Below the pieces are notes generated by a model that worked only from the letters and a program-made list of their open reading frames with translations, was not told the origin of the DNA and did not search any database. Position numbers and translations under genes: made by a program. A stretch of 64,000 nt of DNA from a candidate division WWE3 bacterium RAAC2_WWE3_1 (GTDB lineage Bacteria > Patescibacteriota > WWE3 > UBA101185 > UBA10185): NCBI GenBank assembly GCA_000503835.1, contig CP006914.1:721680-785679 (forward strand), in the 5' to 3' direction. Shown here in pieces: positions 29,212 through 39,265 of this stretch. Each line of letters opens with the position of its first letter. Positions within the stretch are counted from its first letter, which is position 1.

Positions 29212-30906
29212 ATGGGTATTCCAGTCACTAAACGACAAAAAGAAGTTTTAGACTTCGTAAAAACCTTCATTGATGATCAGGGCTACTCTCCGACTCTGGA
29301 AGAAATAAAGAAAAAATTACACCTCTCTGCTGTATCAACGGTTCACCAGCATATTAACGCCCTCATTGATAAAGGTTATATAAAAAAGTTCGACAATCTT
29401 GCTCGAGCTATTGAAGTCAATGGCCGGAGGGAAGAAAGTGTAAATAATTTTATAGAAATCCCTCTACTAGGCATGATCGCGGCTGGTAAGCCAATAGAGG
29501 CTATAGAAATACCAGAAACTATTTCCGTGCCTAAAGATTTTACATCAGGCCATGCCCGACACTATGCATTAAAAGTTCGCGGAGATAGTATGCAAGACGA
29601 CGGAATCTTTGATAGTGATACTGTGATTGTCCGCGAACAACCAGTGGTTGATAATGGTGAGATCGGCGTGGCTATTATAAATGGAAACGAAGCTACTCTT
29701 AAAAGAATCTACAAAGAAAAAAATGGTATCAGACTTCAACCAGCCAATGAAAGTTATAAACCTATACTCACCAAGAATGTCGAAATTAGAGGCAAAGTCA
29801 CGGGCGTATTACGAAACAGGTTCGATTCTTTACCTGAACCAGCCCAGCTCCCCTTATTCGTCTATCCTCAAAAAAGCGAACAACGGTTACTTCAAATACA
29901 TAACCGAAGGTTTCTGGGTAACAAAACTAAACTTCTTGGTTTTATAGGAGACATTGTAGCTGACAAATGTCGTGGCTATTATAGCTTTTGTGATATCTTT
30001 GCGGGTACCGGAGTTGTTGGACATTATTTCAATAGGCCAGATACCAAAATCATCTCGAATGATATTCTCGATAGTAGCTTTGTATCTCTTCAATGCTGGC
30101 TGAACACCAAAAATTACAACGAAGAAAAGATATCAAACATCATCGGACATTTAAATAACCTTCAACCGAAGAAAGAGAATTACGTATCGGAAATTTTTGG
30201 CGGCTCTTATTTTACTAAGGAAAATGCACAGAAAATCGGAGCTGTCAGAGAAAAAATAGAAAAACTACATAAAGATGGGGAGATCGACCAGGAAGAGAAA
30301 AATATTCTGCTGACTTCATTAGTTTACGCAATTGATAAAGTGGCTAATACTGTCGGCCATTATGAGACCTATAGAAAAAAACTCGATACAATACAGAGTT
30401 TGCGACTTTTAATGCCAGGCATTGATGTGAAAAACAATCTTAATAATGAAGTTCATCAAAAAGACGCAAATCAACTGATTAGAGAAATCGCGTGTGATGT
30501 GCTTTATATTGATCCACCATACAACTCAAGACAGTATGGAGATTCCTATCACCTACTAGAGAATATTGTTACCTGGGAGAAACCAAAAGTTGAGGGTATA
30601 GGAAAAAAAATGGTAGACCGCGAACATCTAAAAAGCCGTTACTGTTTAAAGGGTGCAGTTCACGCTTTCGAAGATTTGATACAGAACGCAAAAACAAAGC
30701 ATATTCTGGTCTCCTATAACAACACCGGCGAGAAAATGAACGAACGCTCCAACGCTAAAATACCCGATCACAGGATTATTGAGATTTTGAAAGAGCGAGG
30801 AGAGGTTGAGGTCTTCGAGCGAGAATATAAAGCATTCACTACCGGTAAAAGCGAAGCACCGGGTCATACCGAGCGCGTATTTTACTGCAAAGTTACAGGT
30901 AAATAA
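29212..30906 (+). CDS. LexA repressor fused to a D12-class N6-adenine DNA methyltransferase
   Basis: N-terminal winged helix (GYSPTLEEI), IAAG cleavage site, GDSM (Ser) and ATLK (Lys); then RFLGNKTKL, DIFAGTG and YIDPPYN. Confidence 0.9.
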   Translation: MGIPVTKRQKEVLDFVKTFIDDQGYSPTLEEIKKKLHLSAVSTVHQHINALIDKGYIKKFDNLARAIEVNGRREESVNNFIEIPLLGMIAAGKPIEAIEIPETISVPKDFTSGHARHYALKVRGDSMQDDGIFDSDTVIVREQPVVDNGEIGVAIINGNEATLKRIYKEKNGIRLQPANESYKPILTKNVEIRGKVTGVLRNRFDSLPEPAQLPLFVYPQKSEQRLLQIHNRRFLGNKTKLLGFIGDIVADKCRGYYSFCDIFAGTGVVGHYFNRPDTKIISNDILDSSFVSLQCWLNTKNYNEEKISNIIGHLNNLQPKKENYVSEIFGGSYFTKENAQKIGAVREKIEKLHKDGEIDQEEKNILLTSLVYAIDKVANTVGHYETYRKKLDTIQSLRLLMPGIDVKNNLNNEVHQKDANQLIREIACDVLYIDPPYNSRQYGDSYHLLENIVTWEKPKVEGIGKKMVDREHLKSRYCLKGAVHAFEDLIQNAKTKHILVSYNNTGEKMNERSNAKIPDHRIIEILKERGEVEVFEREYKAFTTGKSEAPGHTERVFYCKVTGK

Positions 30907-30913
30907 TAAATTT

Positions 30914-32731
30914 ATGAAAAAAATTTGGAGCATATCAACAACGGTTAGAAACCCAGAGAGAATCAGGAACTTCCTGGTCGCCCTAAAACCTTTAGATGGT
31001 GAGGTCTGGAATCACGATACTCAAAGGCGATTCCAAATACTCCTCATTCAGCACAAATTATACGGTGCTGGGAATAAACAATTTACAAACAATCTCTCTC
31101 GGGAGCATAGAGAATTGTTGGAAAATTCAGAGACTCTTACCTACGAACAAGCCGAAGAAATTCTAAATGCGAGAAATTATGTCGGTGCTGGTGATATGCG
31201 AGGCCGACAATCATTCAATCCGATTAAAAAGATGGGACTGGCAAAAATAGATGACCAGGGTCGGATTCGGATAACTTCTTTTGGAGAATACCTGCTGAAA
31301 GAAGATGCCGATCTTGGTGAAATGTTCTTTAAGAGTTTTCTTAAATGGCAATTACCGAATCCTCTTTCAAGAGATTTTAAGGTTGAAGATGGATATGACA
31401 TTAAACCTTTCATCGCGACGCTCCACCTCATCAACAAAGTGAATAAAATTTGTCGCAAGCGCGGACTTACTGAGAAAGGGCTATCTCAAGCTGAGTTTGA
31501 TATCTTTGTTCCTACACTTATTAGCTATCAAAATATTCAGGCTCAAGCTCGTAAGGTACTAGAATTTCGAACAGGTCTCGAGAGACTTGCCAATGAGCGA
31601 GAAAAACAAACGTACACCCATAGTTATGTAAGCGAAAACTTTGAAGATTTTGAAAATATGGAACACACCAAGGACTATGGCGACAATATTCGTCGCTATT
31701 TTCGAATGACTAGGTACTTCCATTTGCGTGGCAACGGTTATTATATTGATCTTGAGCCAAGGAGAAGTATTGAAATTCAAAAGATATTGAAGACGGACAA
31801 CGGCTCAAGCCAAGATTTTACTGCGGAAGCATATATTGATTACATCTCTGACATTAACCTGCCAATTCTGCCTTGGGAAACTCAAACAGAGTTGGTGCGA
31901 ATTAGTAACTATACAGCTGATGATATCAGGCAGTATCAAAACCAACTCAGAGAACAAAGAATACAAATACCTGATTTTGAATTTAAGAACACCGATCGTC
32001 TTTCGGTTGAACAACTAAAAGCCTATGTCGGTGAATTGAGAGATTACCGCAGAACTCTTCAAGAAACCGAGGATCACTTTGTATCTCAGAATGTCGACAA
32101 GGTCAGAGAATATATAGATCGGCTACGCAACATTCGACAATCCAAAGAGAAAAAGAGCATTGAGCTTGAACATTTAGCTACTCTAGCTTTGAATGCTATT
32201 AATGACGCACTTGCAATAAAGCCAAACTATCCAGTGGGAGACGATAACCAGCCAACTTTTACAGCACCAGCAAACAAACCAGACATTGAATGTTTCTACG
32301 ACGCATTTAATGGCGTATGCGAAGTAACCATGCTTACTAACCGCGCTCAGTGGATGCAAGAAGGTCAGCCAGTAATGAGACATCTAAGGGACTTCGAGGA
32401 TGCAAATAATAGTAAAGATACTTACTGTTTGTTTGTCGCTCCAACTTTGCATAGAGACACCGTAAATACTTTCTGGACAGCTGTTAAATATGAGTATGAA
32501 GGACGTCGACAAAAGATCGTACCGTTGACGATTAATGAACTCGCAAAATTACTAGAAGCGATTATTGCGATGAAGGACCGTGGTCAGCGACTTGATCACC
32601 GGCAACTCATGAATCTTTACGATTCCATAATCAACTTGACCAGCACAGCGCCTAGCTCTGATGTCTGGACTTCGCAAATATCCGGAGTCGTCGAACAGTG
32701 GTCTCGAGAAATTTTATCAGCACAAGTATGA
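30914..32731 (+). CDS. AlwI-family type IIS-like restriction endonuclease
   Basis: WSISTTVRNPER N-terminus; KPDIE...EVTM...QW..EGQPV.RH nuclease motif; start re-called at 30914. Confidence 0.85.
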   Translation: MKKIWSISTTVRNPERIRNFLVALKPLDGEVWNHDTQRRFQILLIQHKLYGAGNKQFTNNLSREHRELLENSETLTYEQAEEILNARNYVGAGDMRGRQSFNPIKKMGLAKIDDQGRIRITSFGEYLLKEDADLGEMFFKSFLKWQLPNPLSRDFKVEDGYDIKPFIATLHLINKVNKICRKRGLTEKGLSQAEFDIFVPTLISYQNIQAQARKVLEFRTGLERLANEREKQTYTHSYVSENFEDFENMEHTKDYGDNIRRYFRMTRYFHLRGNGYYIDLEPRRSIEIQKILKTDNGSSQDFTAEAYIDYISDINLPILPWETQTELVRISNYTADDIRQYQNQLREQRIQIPDFEFKNTDRLSVEQLKAYVGELRDYRRTLQETEDHFVSQNVDKVREYIDRLRNIRQSKEKKSIELEHLATLALNAINDALAIKPNYPVGDDNQPTFTAPANKPDIECFYDAFNGVCEVTMLTNRAQWMQEGQPVMRHLRDFEDANNSKDTYCLFVAPTLHRDTVNTFWTAVKYEYEGRRQKIVPLTINELAKLLEAIIAMKDRGQRLDHRQLMNLYDSIINLTSTAPSSDVWTSQISGVVEQWSREILSAQV

Positions 32732-33498
32732 AGCTAAACACCATTCACAAAGGCGATTGCCGGACAATATTAAATAAGGACATCCCGGAAGAAAGCGTGG
32801 ATTTGATTTTTGCCGATCCTCCATACAACCTGTCAGGGAATGGCCTTAAATGGGAAGGAAATAAAACAGGTGGAGACTGGTTCATGGTTAACGAAAAGTG
32901 GGACCGGATGACCGAAGCCGAGTATTTAAAATTTACCAAAGAATGGATAGAGGCCTGCAAAAGAGTTTTAAAACCGACTGGCAGTATTTATATTTCCTGC
33001 ACATATCATAATATTGGTGAACTAATCATGGTTCTTAAGGCTCTTGGATTTATTCCAAGGAATATTATTACCTGGCACAAGAATAACGCTATGCCAAGCA
33101 TGACTCGACGCACCTTTACTCATTCATGCGAATACATACTATTTTTCTCAAAGGGTAAGAAATGGGTATTTAATTATTCAGAGATCAAAAAAATAAATCC
33201 AGAGAGAGCAAAAGATGGGTCCGAAAAACAAATGCGTGATCTCTGGATTATGCCTATTGTACAGGGCAAAGAACGAGTGAAGGATAAAACCGGTCGCTCT
33301 GCTCATCCAACACAAAAACCAGAGAATCTACTTGAAAGAGTTATCCTGGCTAGCAGCAACAAAGGAGATATTGTCCTTGATCCTTTTCTCGGAAGTGGAA
33401 CTACTGCAGTAGTAGCTAAACGTTTGGGTAGGAAATGGGTAGGTATTGAAACTGAAGATAAGTATGTAAAAGTCGCTGAAAAACGCCTCAATAATTAG
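32728..33498 (+). CDS. Beta-class N4-C/N6-A DNA methyltransferase
   Basis: DLIFADPPYN, HPTQKP and DPFLGSGTT; ATGA overlap with the endonuclease stop. Confidence 0.92.
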   Translation: MKLNTIHKGDCRTILNKDIPEESVDLIFADPPYNLSGNGLKWEGNKTGGDWFMVNEKWDRMTEAEYLKFTKEWIEACKRVLKPTGSIYISCTYHNIGELIMVLKALGFIPRNIITWHKNNAMPSMTRRTFTHSCEYILFFSKGKKWVFNYSEIKKINPERAKDGSEKQMRDLWIMPIVQGKERVKDKTGRSAHPTQKPENLLERVILASSNKGDIVLDPFLGSGTTAVVAKRLGRKWVGIETEDKYVKVAEKRLNN

Positions 33499-33515
33499 AT
33501 ATTCACAAATAAGCA

Positions 33516-33680
33516 TTGACGGTCCATTCTCGGACCAGCTATAATAAATACATCAGAGTTAGTTGGTCTGACGGCGACTGAGTTCTCAGTCTAAACGCGA
33601 CGGGACTACGACTACTGTTATCGGCACTGCCATTTGGCGTGTGCATTTGATGACAAGAGTCGTGGTCCCGTTTTTGTTTT
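33516..33680 (+). ncRNA. Promoter plus structured, terminated leader/small RNA
   Basis: TTGACG..TATAAT (33516-33545); hairpin CGGGACTACGACT/AGTCGTGGTCCCG (33601-33670) followed by a T-run. Confidence 0.5.
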
Positions 33681-33791
33681 CCAGCTCGCTCTGCTAATAA
33701 ATAATTTCCCTCTGAGGCTAAGGTGCCTCGATTAGACTGACGAATTTGATTAGACAGATAAAGGCTAGTTCCCGGCAGGGGCCAGCCTTTT

Positions 33792-33992
33792 ATGTTGCCC
33801 CAAGAAGCAATTCAAGAATTCAAAGAATTATACGAGAAACGCTACGGCGTAAAGCTCTCCGACGAGGAGGCCGCTTTGCGTGCCAACAATCTTTTTAAAC
33901 TCTACAAAATCACCTACATGGGTGAGCCAAACATCGATGACTTTAAAGAAAAAGTAGTGAAAAGCCATGACCTACAACAAAACCACAATTAG
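33792..33992 (+). CDS. Small hypothetical protein of the mobile element
   Basis: L..EAI.EFK.LY...YG..LSDEEA pattern; first gene of a three-gene unit. Confidence 0.7.
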   Translation: MLPQEAIQEFKELYEKRYGVKLSDEEAALRANNLFKLYKITYMGEPNIDDFKEKVVKSHDLQQNHN

Positions 33993-34275
33993 CGAAACCC
34001 AGTTCTATCCGGTTAAACCCCAGGACGGCCTCCTAGGGTTTGTTTTGTTTGTCCTGGACGGGAAATTCTGGATGGGATCAGTGGCCGTGTTTAGTCGGCC
34101 GGACGGCCGATACCGGTTGGTTTACCCGACACGAAAAGTTGGCGGCCAAAATATTAATGTCTTTCATCCAATTAACCAAGAGGCAGGCCAACAGGTCGAA
34201 GCGGCCGTCAGTGAAAAAGTAGCTGAAATATTTAGTGAATCATGTGAACAAACCGAACCGGACAACACGTGGTAA
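33967..34275 (+). CDS. SpoVG-like nucleic-acid-binding protein
   Basis: GLLGF...VLD......V.VF...G...L.YP.RK......FHPIN.E. Confidence 0.65.
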   Translation: MTYNKTTISETQFYPVKPQDGLLGFVLFVLDGKFWMGSVAVFSRPDGRYRLVYPTRKVGGQNINVFHPINQEAGQQVEAAVSEKVAEIFSESCEQTEPDNTW

Positions 34276-34675
34276 AAGCTTAAATTTCTTTCCCGCTCCT
34301 CACCTAGTCTTCGATGACGACCGGCTGAAGAATTCGCTCACACATGCCGAGCGAGATTTTCTCATGGTAATCTGCCATCTCTCAAACCGCTATGCAAATG
34401 CAGACGGCTGGTTTTGGCATACCGATCGATTGTTTACGACGCGCGAAGATAAAGAGCGCGGGTTCGCTTCGTTCGGATTAAGTAGATCAACATGCCGACG
34501 TGTGAGAAAGAAGCTTGCCAGCCTTGGACTTATAGAAATCAGACCGGGAACATCGGAACGCGGCCGGTGGGCCGGAACTTTGTATCGCCTTAACCCAAAA
34601 CTTCTCCAATCCACCGAGGTTCATAATGAAGCACGGTCAGGCGTCTTGGAGAATCACGGCCCAGCTCCACCATGA
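34235..34675 (+). CDS. Winged-HTH protein, replication-initiator-like
   Basis: LT.AE...L........GWF...GLSRST..R..KKL...GLIE......Y.L; start uncertain. Confidence 0.55.
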   Translation: MNHVNKPNRTTRGKSLNFFPAPHLVFDDDRLKNSLTHAERDFLMVICHLSNRYANADGWFWHTDRLFTTREDKERGFASFGLSRSTCRRVRKKLASLGLIEIRPGTSERGRWAGTLYRLNPKLLQSTEVHNEARSGVLENHGPAPP

Positions 34676-34725
34676 AGCACTTAGTAATAAAGATTGAGTA
34701 AGAAAGAAATAATAATAAAGCTTAA

Positions 34726-35190
34726 ATAAAGCTCGATGGAAAAATAACCGAGGATTTTTATCAAGAAAAGTACCAAGAGTTTACAGCTGAAAGAAATGAA
34801 CTCATTGTCCAAAGAAAGAAGCTAAACACAAAGGATAATAGTTTCTATGAGAAAACTACCGCTCTTTATGATGTAGCTCAAAAAGGTATTGAGATTTACG
34901 AGGAATCTAAAGAGTTAAGGAAACGCAGATTAATACGGCTTATATTTACAGACATGACCCTTAATAGTGGAATATTATATTTTGCCTACATAAAGCCATA
35001 TATGATATTAAGAAAAGCGGTTGAAGAAACTAATGGTTCGAAAGTAGCTGAAGACGAGACTTTTATGGAAAATATTTTCGAACTTAAGGATTTTAGCGGT
35101 GTTAAAGCAGAAATGGAGCCTTTGGGCATTGATTGTTCTTTATGGCTCCCCCGGGTGGATTCGAACCACCAACCTGCCGATTACATGTGA
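34726..35190 (+). pseudogene. C-terminal remnant of a large serine recombinase (copy 2), reading antisense into tRNA-Asn
   Basis: KLDGKITEDFYQEKYQEFTAERNEL...LIFTDM...CSLWLPRVDSN; in-frame stop just upstream; no N-terminal domain. Confidence 0.7.
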
Positions 35191-35752
35191 TCCGTTTGTT
35201 TCCAAACAGCATGGACTATCTCATCATCTTTTGTGTCACCACATTAAGATGTCGGGCGCTCTAGGGTGTAATCACCTAGTCTCTGCACCTTTTCATGTGT
35301 ACCCGGCAAGGCGTACAAATGAACTTGGCTCAGGATTACCATGTCCGTCGATTAATCGACAGAGTTAGGTTTCCCTGAGTTCACCCAATTTTTCAACCGT
35401 CGTTTCCGGCGGAAGCTGCACTACTCCGTTATGAATTTCCTTGTGACAGTTCGAACAGACTAAAACACATTTTTCAAGCTCTCTTTTAATTGTTTCCCAA
35501 CTTCTCGTTAGTCCGCGACTGGCGAGCCCGAAGTCTTTTTTCTGCCCATCTTTATGGTGAAACTCTAATGCCGCAAAGCATTTGTTATAACCACAAAGGT
35601 TGCATTTATTTCCAAGGTACTCGACTGCCAGCATTTTCAGTTTTCGTCTTCTCTTAGAGACAGCGAGACTGAGATAGCGGGGTCTGTCTGAGTACCTTCG
35701 GGTTTCCTTCGTCACAAGATATTTATATAACTTTCATAACGGTTGTCAACGT
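35184..35752 (-). ncRNA. Group I intron (IC3-like core), 569 nt, between anticodon positions 35 and 36
   Basis: 5' exon ends in U and the intron ends in G. Core motifs: P AACTCAGGGAAACC, Q GGTAATCCTGAGCCAAG, R GGTGCAGAGACTA, S GAGATAGTCC. P1 pairs CTGTAC/GTGCAG with a U-G at the splice site. Confidence 0.92.
35365..35715 (-). CDS. Intron-encoded HNH homing endonuclease
   Basis: CNLCGY..C..ALEFHH......F....W.....EL.KC.LVCSNCH.E.H. Confidence 0.85.
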   Translation of the reverse strand: MTKETRRYSDRPRYLSLAVSKRRRKLKMLAVEYLGNKCNLCGYNKCFAALEFHHKDGQKKDFGLASRGLTRSWETIKRELEKCVLVCSNCHKEIHNGVVQLPPETTVEKLGELRET

Positions 35753-35857
35753 ACAGTCGGACGCTCTACCATTGAGCTACAGGGGAACGAAGCACAGAAA
35801 TACTAACATAACCGCTTCGGGGCTTCAATAATCGATTACTTTTCTATTTAGTGGATT

Positions 35858-36724
35858 TTACGGCTTTTCCTGAGTAGCAACTTCGACAGGATTCTTCCCA
35901 ATCTCCCTCAGCACAAAAACCCCCATTACCAAATTCACCGCCAGAAACCAATATGTAATCGGCATCGGCAGGTTTACAACGCTTAGAACAGTATCTATAA
36001 GCACGGGGAGGGTCATGGCGTGAAGCCCTATCCTAAAAGCATTTTTGTAGGGGACACCGGCCCCCAGTGCCCTTCCGGCAATAAATAACAGACCACCGAT
36101 GACTAATAGATAGGCGCCCCTAAAAATGGAATAGTAGACCATGAGCCCTGCAAACACCGGTACTATCAGGAACAGAGGAAGTATCCAGCCTGAAACCTCG
36201 CGGACATCTGTAATAGTTTTCGTTACTTTGCCTTTATCCAATATCGTGTCCGGTATGTCTTTAAGAGGATAAACTCCCGGTTCTCCTGCCTTTTTGATTA
36301 GGAGATTTTTTTCGTTTACAAGTAGGGCGGTGTTGTATTTCTCGAGGTCCCCGACCGTTCCGTTTTTATCGAAAACCACAAGGTTAGCGGGTAGTTTTTC
36401 TTTATCCTCAGCTTCATAGTTTCCCGGGAAAGGTATTACCAGGGGCTGAGGCTGGTTTATTTCCCACTCCCCGGCTTTTATCGTGAAAACCAGGTTTTCC
36501 GGGTATACCCTTTCGGCTTCGGAAAGTGCATTTTGGAAGGTATCTCGAATCTTCGGAGCCTCGATAAAGTAAGTTCCGACAGAGGTAACCACCGCGGCTA
36601 TCAGCACAAGGACCGCGTAGTACTTCAAAGAAAACTCAAAATGTGTTTTCAGAATTTCGTCATAATATTTGGGGGACACTACGCTTTTATATGCGACGTA
36701 GAAAAATGCTTTAATCTTTTTCAC
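35858..36724 (-). CDS. DUF1189-like membrane protein
   Basis: N-terminal TM, extracellular domain and C-terminal TMs with Y....R...HA.TLP. Confidence 0.65.
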   Translation of the reverse strand: MKKIKAFFYVAYKSVVSPKYYDEILKTHFEFSLKYYAVLVLIAAVVTSVGTYFIEAPKIRDTFQNALSEAERVYPENLVFTIKAGEWEINQPQPLVIPFPGNYEAEDKEKLPANLVVFDKNGTVGDLEKYNTALLVNEKNLLIKKAGEPGVYPLKDIPDTILDKGKVTKTITDVREVSGWILPLFLIVPVFAGLMVYYSIFRGAYLLVIGGLLFIAGRALGAGVPYKNAFRIGLHAMTLPVLIDTVLSVVNLPMPITYWFLAVNLVMGVFVLREIGKNPVEVATQEKP

Positions 36725-36820
36725 CTAAGTATTTTAACACGCCACAACGCAGAAGGAGGGTAGGGCGCTCCCACCACATTGGTTGACTTCTCAAGTCATA
36801 TAGACTAATATCTATTCGTT

Positions 36821-37099
36821 ATGTCAGAGACACCTTGCATAAAGTGTTTCGGCACCCTGGGTGTCGGATCACGCATGAAAATATTCGAATATCTTAGAAA
36901 AACCGGCAAATCCACGGTTAATGAGATAGTGGGGTTTATTAATTTAACACAGCCCACAATCTCCTATCATTTGAGAGAGATGAAGATGGCAGGTCTTCTG
37001 GAGAGCGACAAATCAGGCAAGGAGGTCTTCTACTCCATTAGAAGACGCTGCCCTTCCCGTAACGGTGATTGTATACTTAGTAAGGTAAGATTTTCGTAA
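36821..37099 (+). CDS. ArsR/SmtB-family regulator with Cys pairs
   Basis: CxxC, R..I..YL, LTQPTISYHL..M..AGL and G.EV.Y; heads the suf operon. Confidence 0.85.
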   Translation: MSETPCIKCFGTLGVGSRMKIFEYLRKTGKSTVNEIVGFINLTQPTISYHLREMKMAGLLESDKSGKEVFYSIRRRCPSRNGDCILSKVRFS

Positions 37100-37866
37100 T
37101 GGTGTATTCCCTTGAAATAAAAAACTTAAGATCGGGTATTGAGCAAAAAGAGATATTGAAGGGTGTCGACCTTACGATAAAACCCAAAGAAGTTCACGCC
37201 TTAATGGGAAGGAACGGTTCAGGTAAGAGTACGCTTGCTCAGACTTTAATGGGGAGTCCCACATACAAAGTACTGGAGGGTTCCGCCAAAATTTTCGGAA
37301 AAGATATTCTGGAACTTGAAACTACCGAACGCGCAAAAACCGGTCTATTTCTGTCTTTCCAGTATCCGAGCGAAATACCGGGAGTGAAAGTTTACAGTTT
37401 TTTAAGGATGATTTACAACAAGTCTCATGAAGCTAAATTGTCCCCCAGAATGTTCAGAGAGTTTTTAGAGAAAAAGATTGAAGTTCTTGAAATGGACCCG
37501 TCCTTTTCGGATCGTTTTTTGAACGAAGGTTTTTCGGGAGGCGAGAAAAAAAGAATGGAAATGCTTCAGATGCTCATGTTGGAACCAAAAGTAATTATTC
37601 TCGATGAAGTAGATAGCGGCCTTGATATTGATGCGATAAAAGTTGTTTCCCGCGCGGTAAATTATTTAATTGAGGAACACAACTCTTCCGTATTACTCAT
37701 AACTCATTACTCAAGGATTCTAAATTACATCAAACCCGATTTTGTTCATATAATGCTCGACGGAAAAATCGTTAAAACAGGCGGAGAAGAGGTGGCATCG
37801 CATTTGGAGGAATACGGCTACAGCGATTCCGAGTTGGACGTTCCCGTTTTAAAGAATGAAGAATAA
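37099..37866 (+). CDS. sufC: Fe-S assembly ATPase SufC
   Basis: [30 protein letters not shown] and [11 protein letters not shown]. Confidence 0.96.
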   Translation: MVYSLEIKNLRSGIEQKEILKGVDLTIKPKEVHALMGRNGSGKSTLAQTLMGSPTYKVLEGSAKIFGKDILELETTERAKTGLFLSFQYPSEIPGVKVYSFLRMIYNKSHEAKLSPRMFREFLEKKIEVLEMDPSFSDRFLNEGFSGGEKKRMEMLQMLMLEPKVIILDEVDSGLDIDAIKVVSRAVNYLIEEHNSSVLLITHYSRILNYIKPDFVHIMLDGKIVKTGGEEVASHLEEYGYSDSELDVPVLKNEE

Positions 37867-39265
37867 TCAATTAAAAGACATTCGTGAAACCTACGCTACG
37901 AAATTCGGTTTCAACATGCCCGAGGCTCCCTTTTCAAAAGCACAGATGGGTTTGTCGGAAGATGTGGTAAGAGAAATTTCAAAAAATAAAGGTGAACCCG
38001 AATGGATGCTGGAATACAGGCTTAAAGCTTACGAAGCATTTAAACAGAAACCCATGCCTTCGTGGGGTGCGGACCTTTCACACATTGATCTACAAAATAT
38101 TTATTACTACATTAAACCGACGGGTGCCGAAAAAAGAACCTGGGAGGATGTTCCGGAAAATATTAAAACAACATTTGATCGTCTGGGGGTGCCCCAGGCC
38201 GAAAGGGAGTACCTTTCCGGAGTAAAAGCCCAATACGATTCCGAGGTCGTGTACTCGTCATTAATGGACGAGCTTGAAGAAGAAGGTGTCATCTTTTTAT
38301 CAACAGACGAGGCCTTACGTAAACATCCCGAAATTTTTAAAGAATATTTCGGAAAAGTAATACCTTACGCCGATAACAAGTTCTCGGCATTGAACAGCGC
38401 AGTCTGGTCCGGAGGCTCCTTCGTTTATATCCCGAAAGGCGTTTCGGTTAAACGTCCTCTTCAGGCTTATTTCAGAATTAATGCTCAAAATATGGGGCAG
38501 TTCGAAAGAACGTTAATAATTGCCGAGGAGGGTAGTTTTGCTCATTACGTTGAGGGTTGCACAGCTCCGGTTTATTCGTCGGATTCACTCCACGCCGCAG
38601 TGGTGGAAGTTATAGTAAAGCCGGGCGCCCGGTTCAGATACACGACCATTCAGAATTGGTCGGACAATGTTTACAACCTCGTTACAAAAAGAGCCCGTGT
38701 TGAAAAAGACGCGGTTATGGAATGGGTTGACGGGAACCTCGGATCGAAAGTGACCATGAAATATCCGTCGTGCTATTTGATTGGCGAGGGTGCGAGAGGC
38801 GAGGTTTTGTCTATCGCCTATGCTTCCAAAGGTCAGCACCAGGACGCTGGTGCCAAAATGATCCACGCCGCGCCCAACACTTCCTCGAGCATAGTCTCTA
38901 AATCAGTAAGTCTTCGCGGAGGCCGTACCAGTTACCGCGGACTTGTTGATGTGGCGCTGTCGGCCCCGAACGCAAGAGCGCGTGTGGAATGTGACGCTTT
39001 GATCCTGGATTCAATTTCGGCGACGGACACATTTCCTACCATGAGAATTAACGAGAGTAGTGCAAATGTGGAACACGAAGCCACAGTAAGTAAGATCGGG
39101 GAAGAAAAACTGTTTTATTTAATGAGCAGAGGCCTGACCGAAAGTGAAGCGATGGGCTTGATAGTATCAGGATTTATTGAACCGATCGTCAGAGAACTTC
39201 CCATGGAATACGCAGTCGAATTGAACAGGTTAATAGAACTTGAAATGGAGGGAAGTGTCGGATAA
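37856..39265 (+). CDS. sufB: Fe-S assembly protein SufB
   Basis: [33 protein letters not shown] and LEMEGSVG. Confidence 0.97.
   Translation: MKNNQLKDIRETYATKFGFNMPEAPFSKAQMGLSEDVVREISKNKGEPEWMLEYRLKAYEAFKQKPMPSWGADLSHIDLQNIYYYIKPTGAEKRTWEDVPENIKTTFDRLGVPQAEREYLSGVKAQYDSEVVYSSLMDELEEEGVIFLSTDEALRKHPEIFKEYFGKVIPYADNKFSALNSAVWSGGSFVYIPKGVSVKRPLQAYFRINAQNMGQFERTLIIAEEGSFAHYVEGCTAPVYSSDSLHAAVVEVIVKPGARFRYTTIQNWSDNVYNLVTKRARVEKDAVMEWVDGNLGSKVTMKYPSCYLIGEGARGEVLSIAYASKGQHQDAGAKMIHAAPNTSSSIVSKSVSLRGGRTSYRGLVDVALSAPNARARVECDALILDSISATDTFPTMRINESSANVEHEATVSKIGEEKLFYLMSRGLTESEAMGLIVSGFIEPIVRELPMEYAVELNRLIELEMEGSVG

Larger units (their letters stand above)
25165..35149. mobile_element. Defence island integrated at the 3' end of tRNA-Asn
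   Basis: TGGCTCC direct repeats at 25165-25171 and 35143-35149 (tRNA 3' end), each preceded by a recombinase C-terminus; RM, ATPase and replication-like cargo. Confidence 0.8.
35143..35786 (-). tRNA. tRNA-Asn(GTT), intron-split (exons 35753-35786 and 35143-35183)
   Basis: Joined exons give TCCCCTGTAGCTCAATGGTAGAGCGTCCGACTGT|TAATCGGCAGGTTGGTGGTTCGAATCCACCCGGGGGAGCCA, a full cloverleaf. Confidence 0.92.

Noticed and set aside
35099-35368. ORFs overlapping tRNAs or the intron (also 42476-42691, 44020-44262, 57230-57541)
   Set aside because: Shadow frames over structural RNA with no protein motifs.
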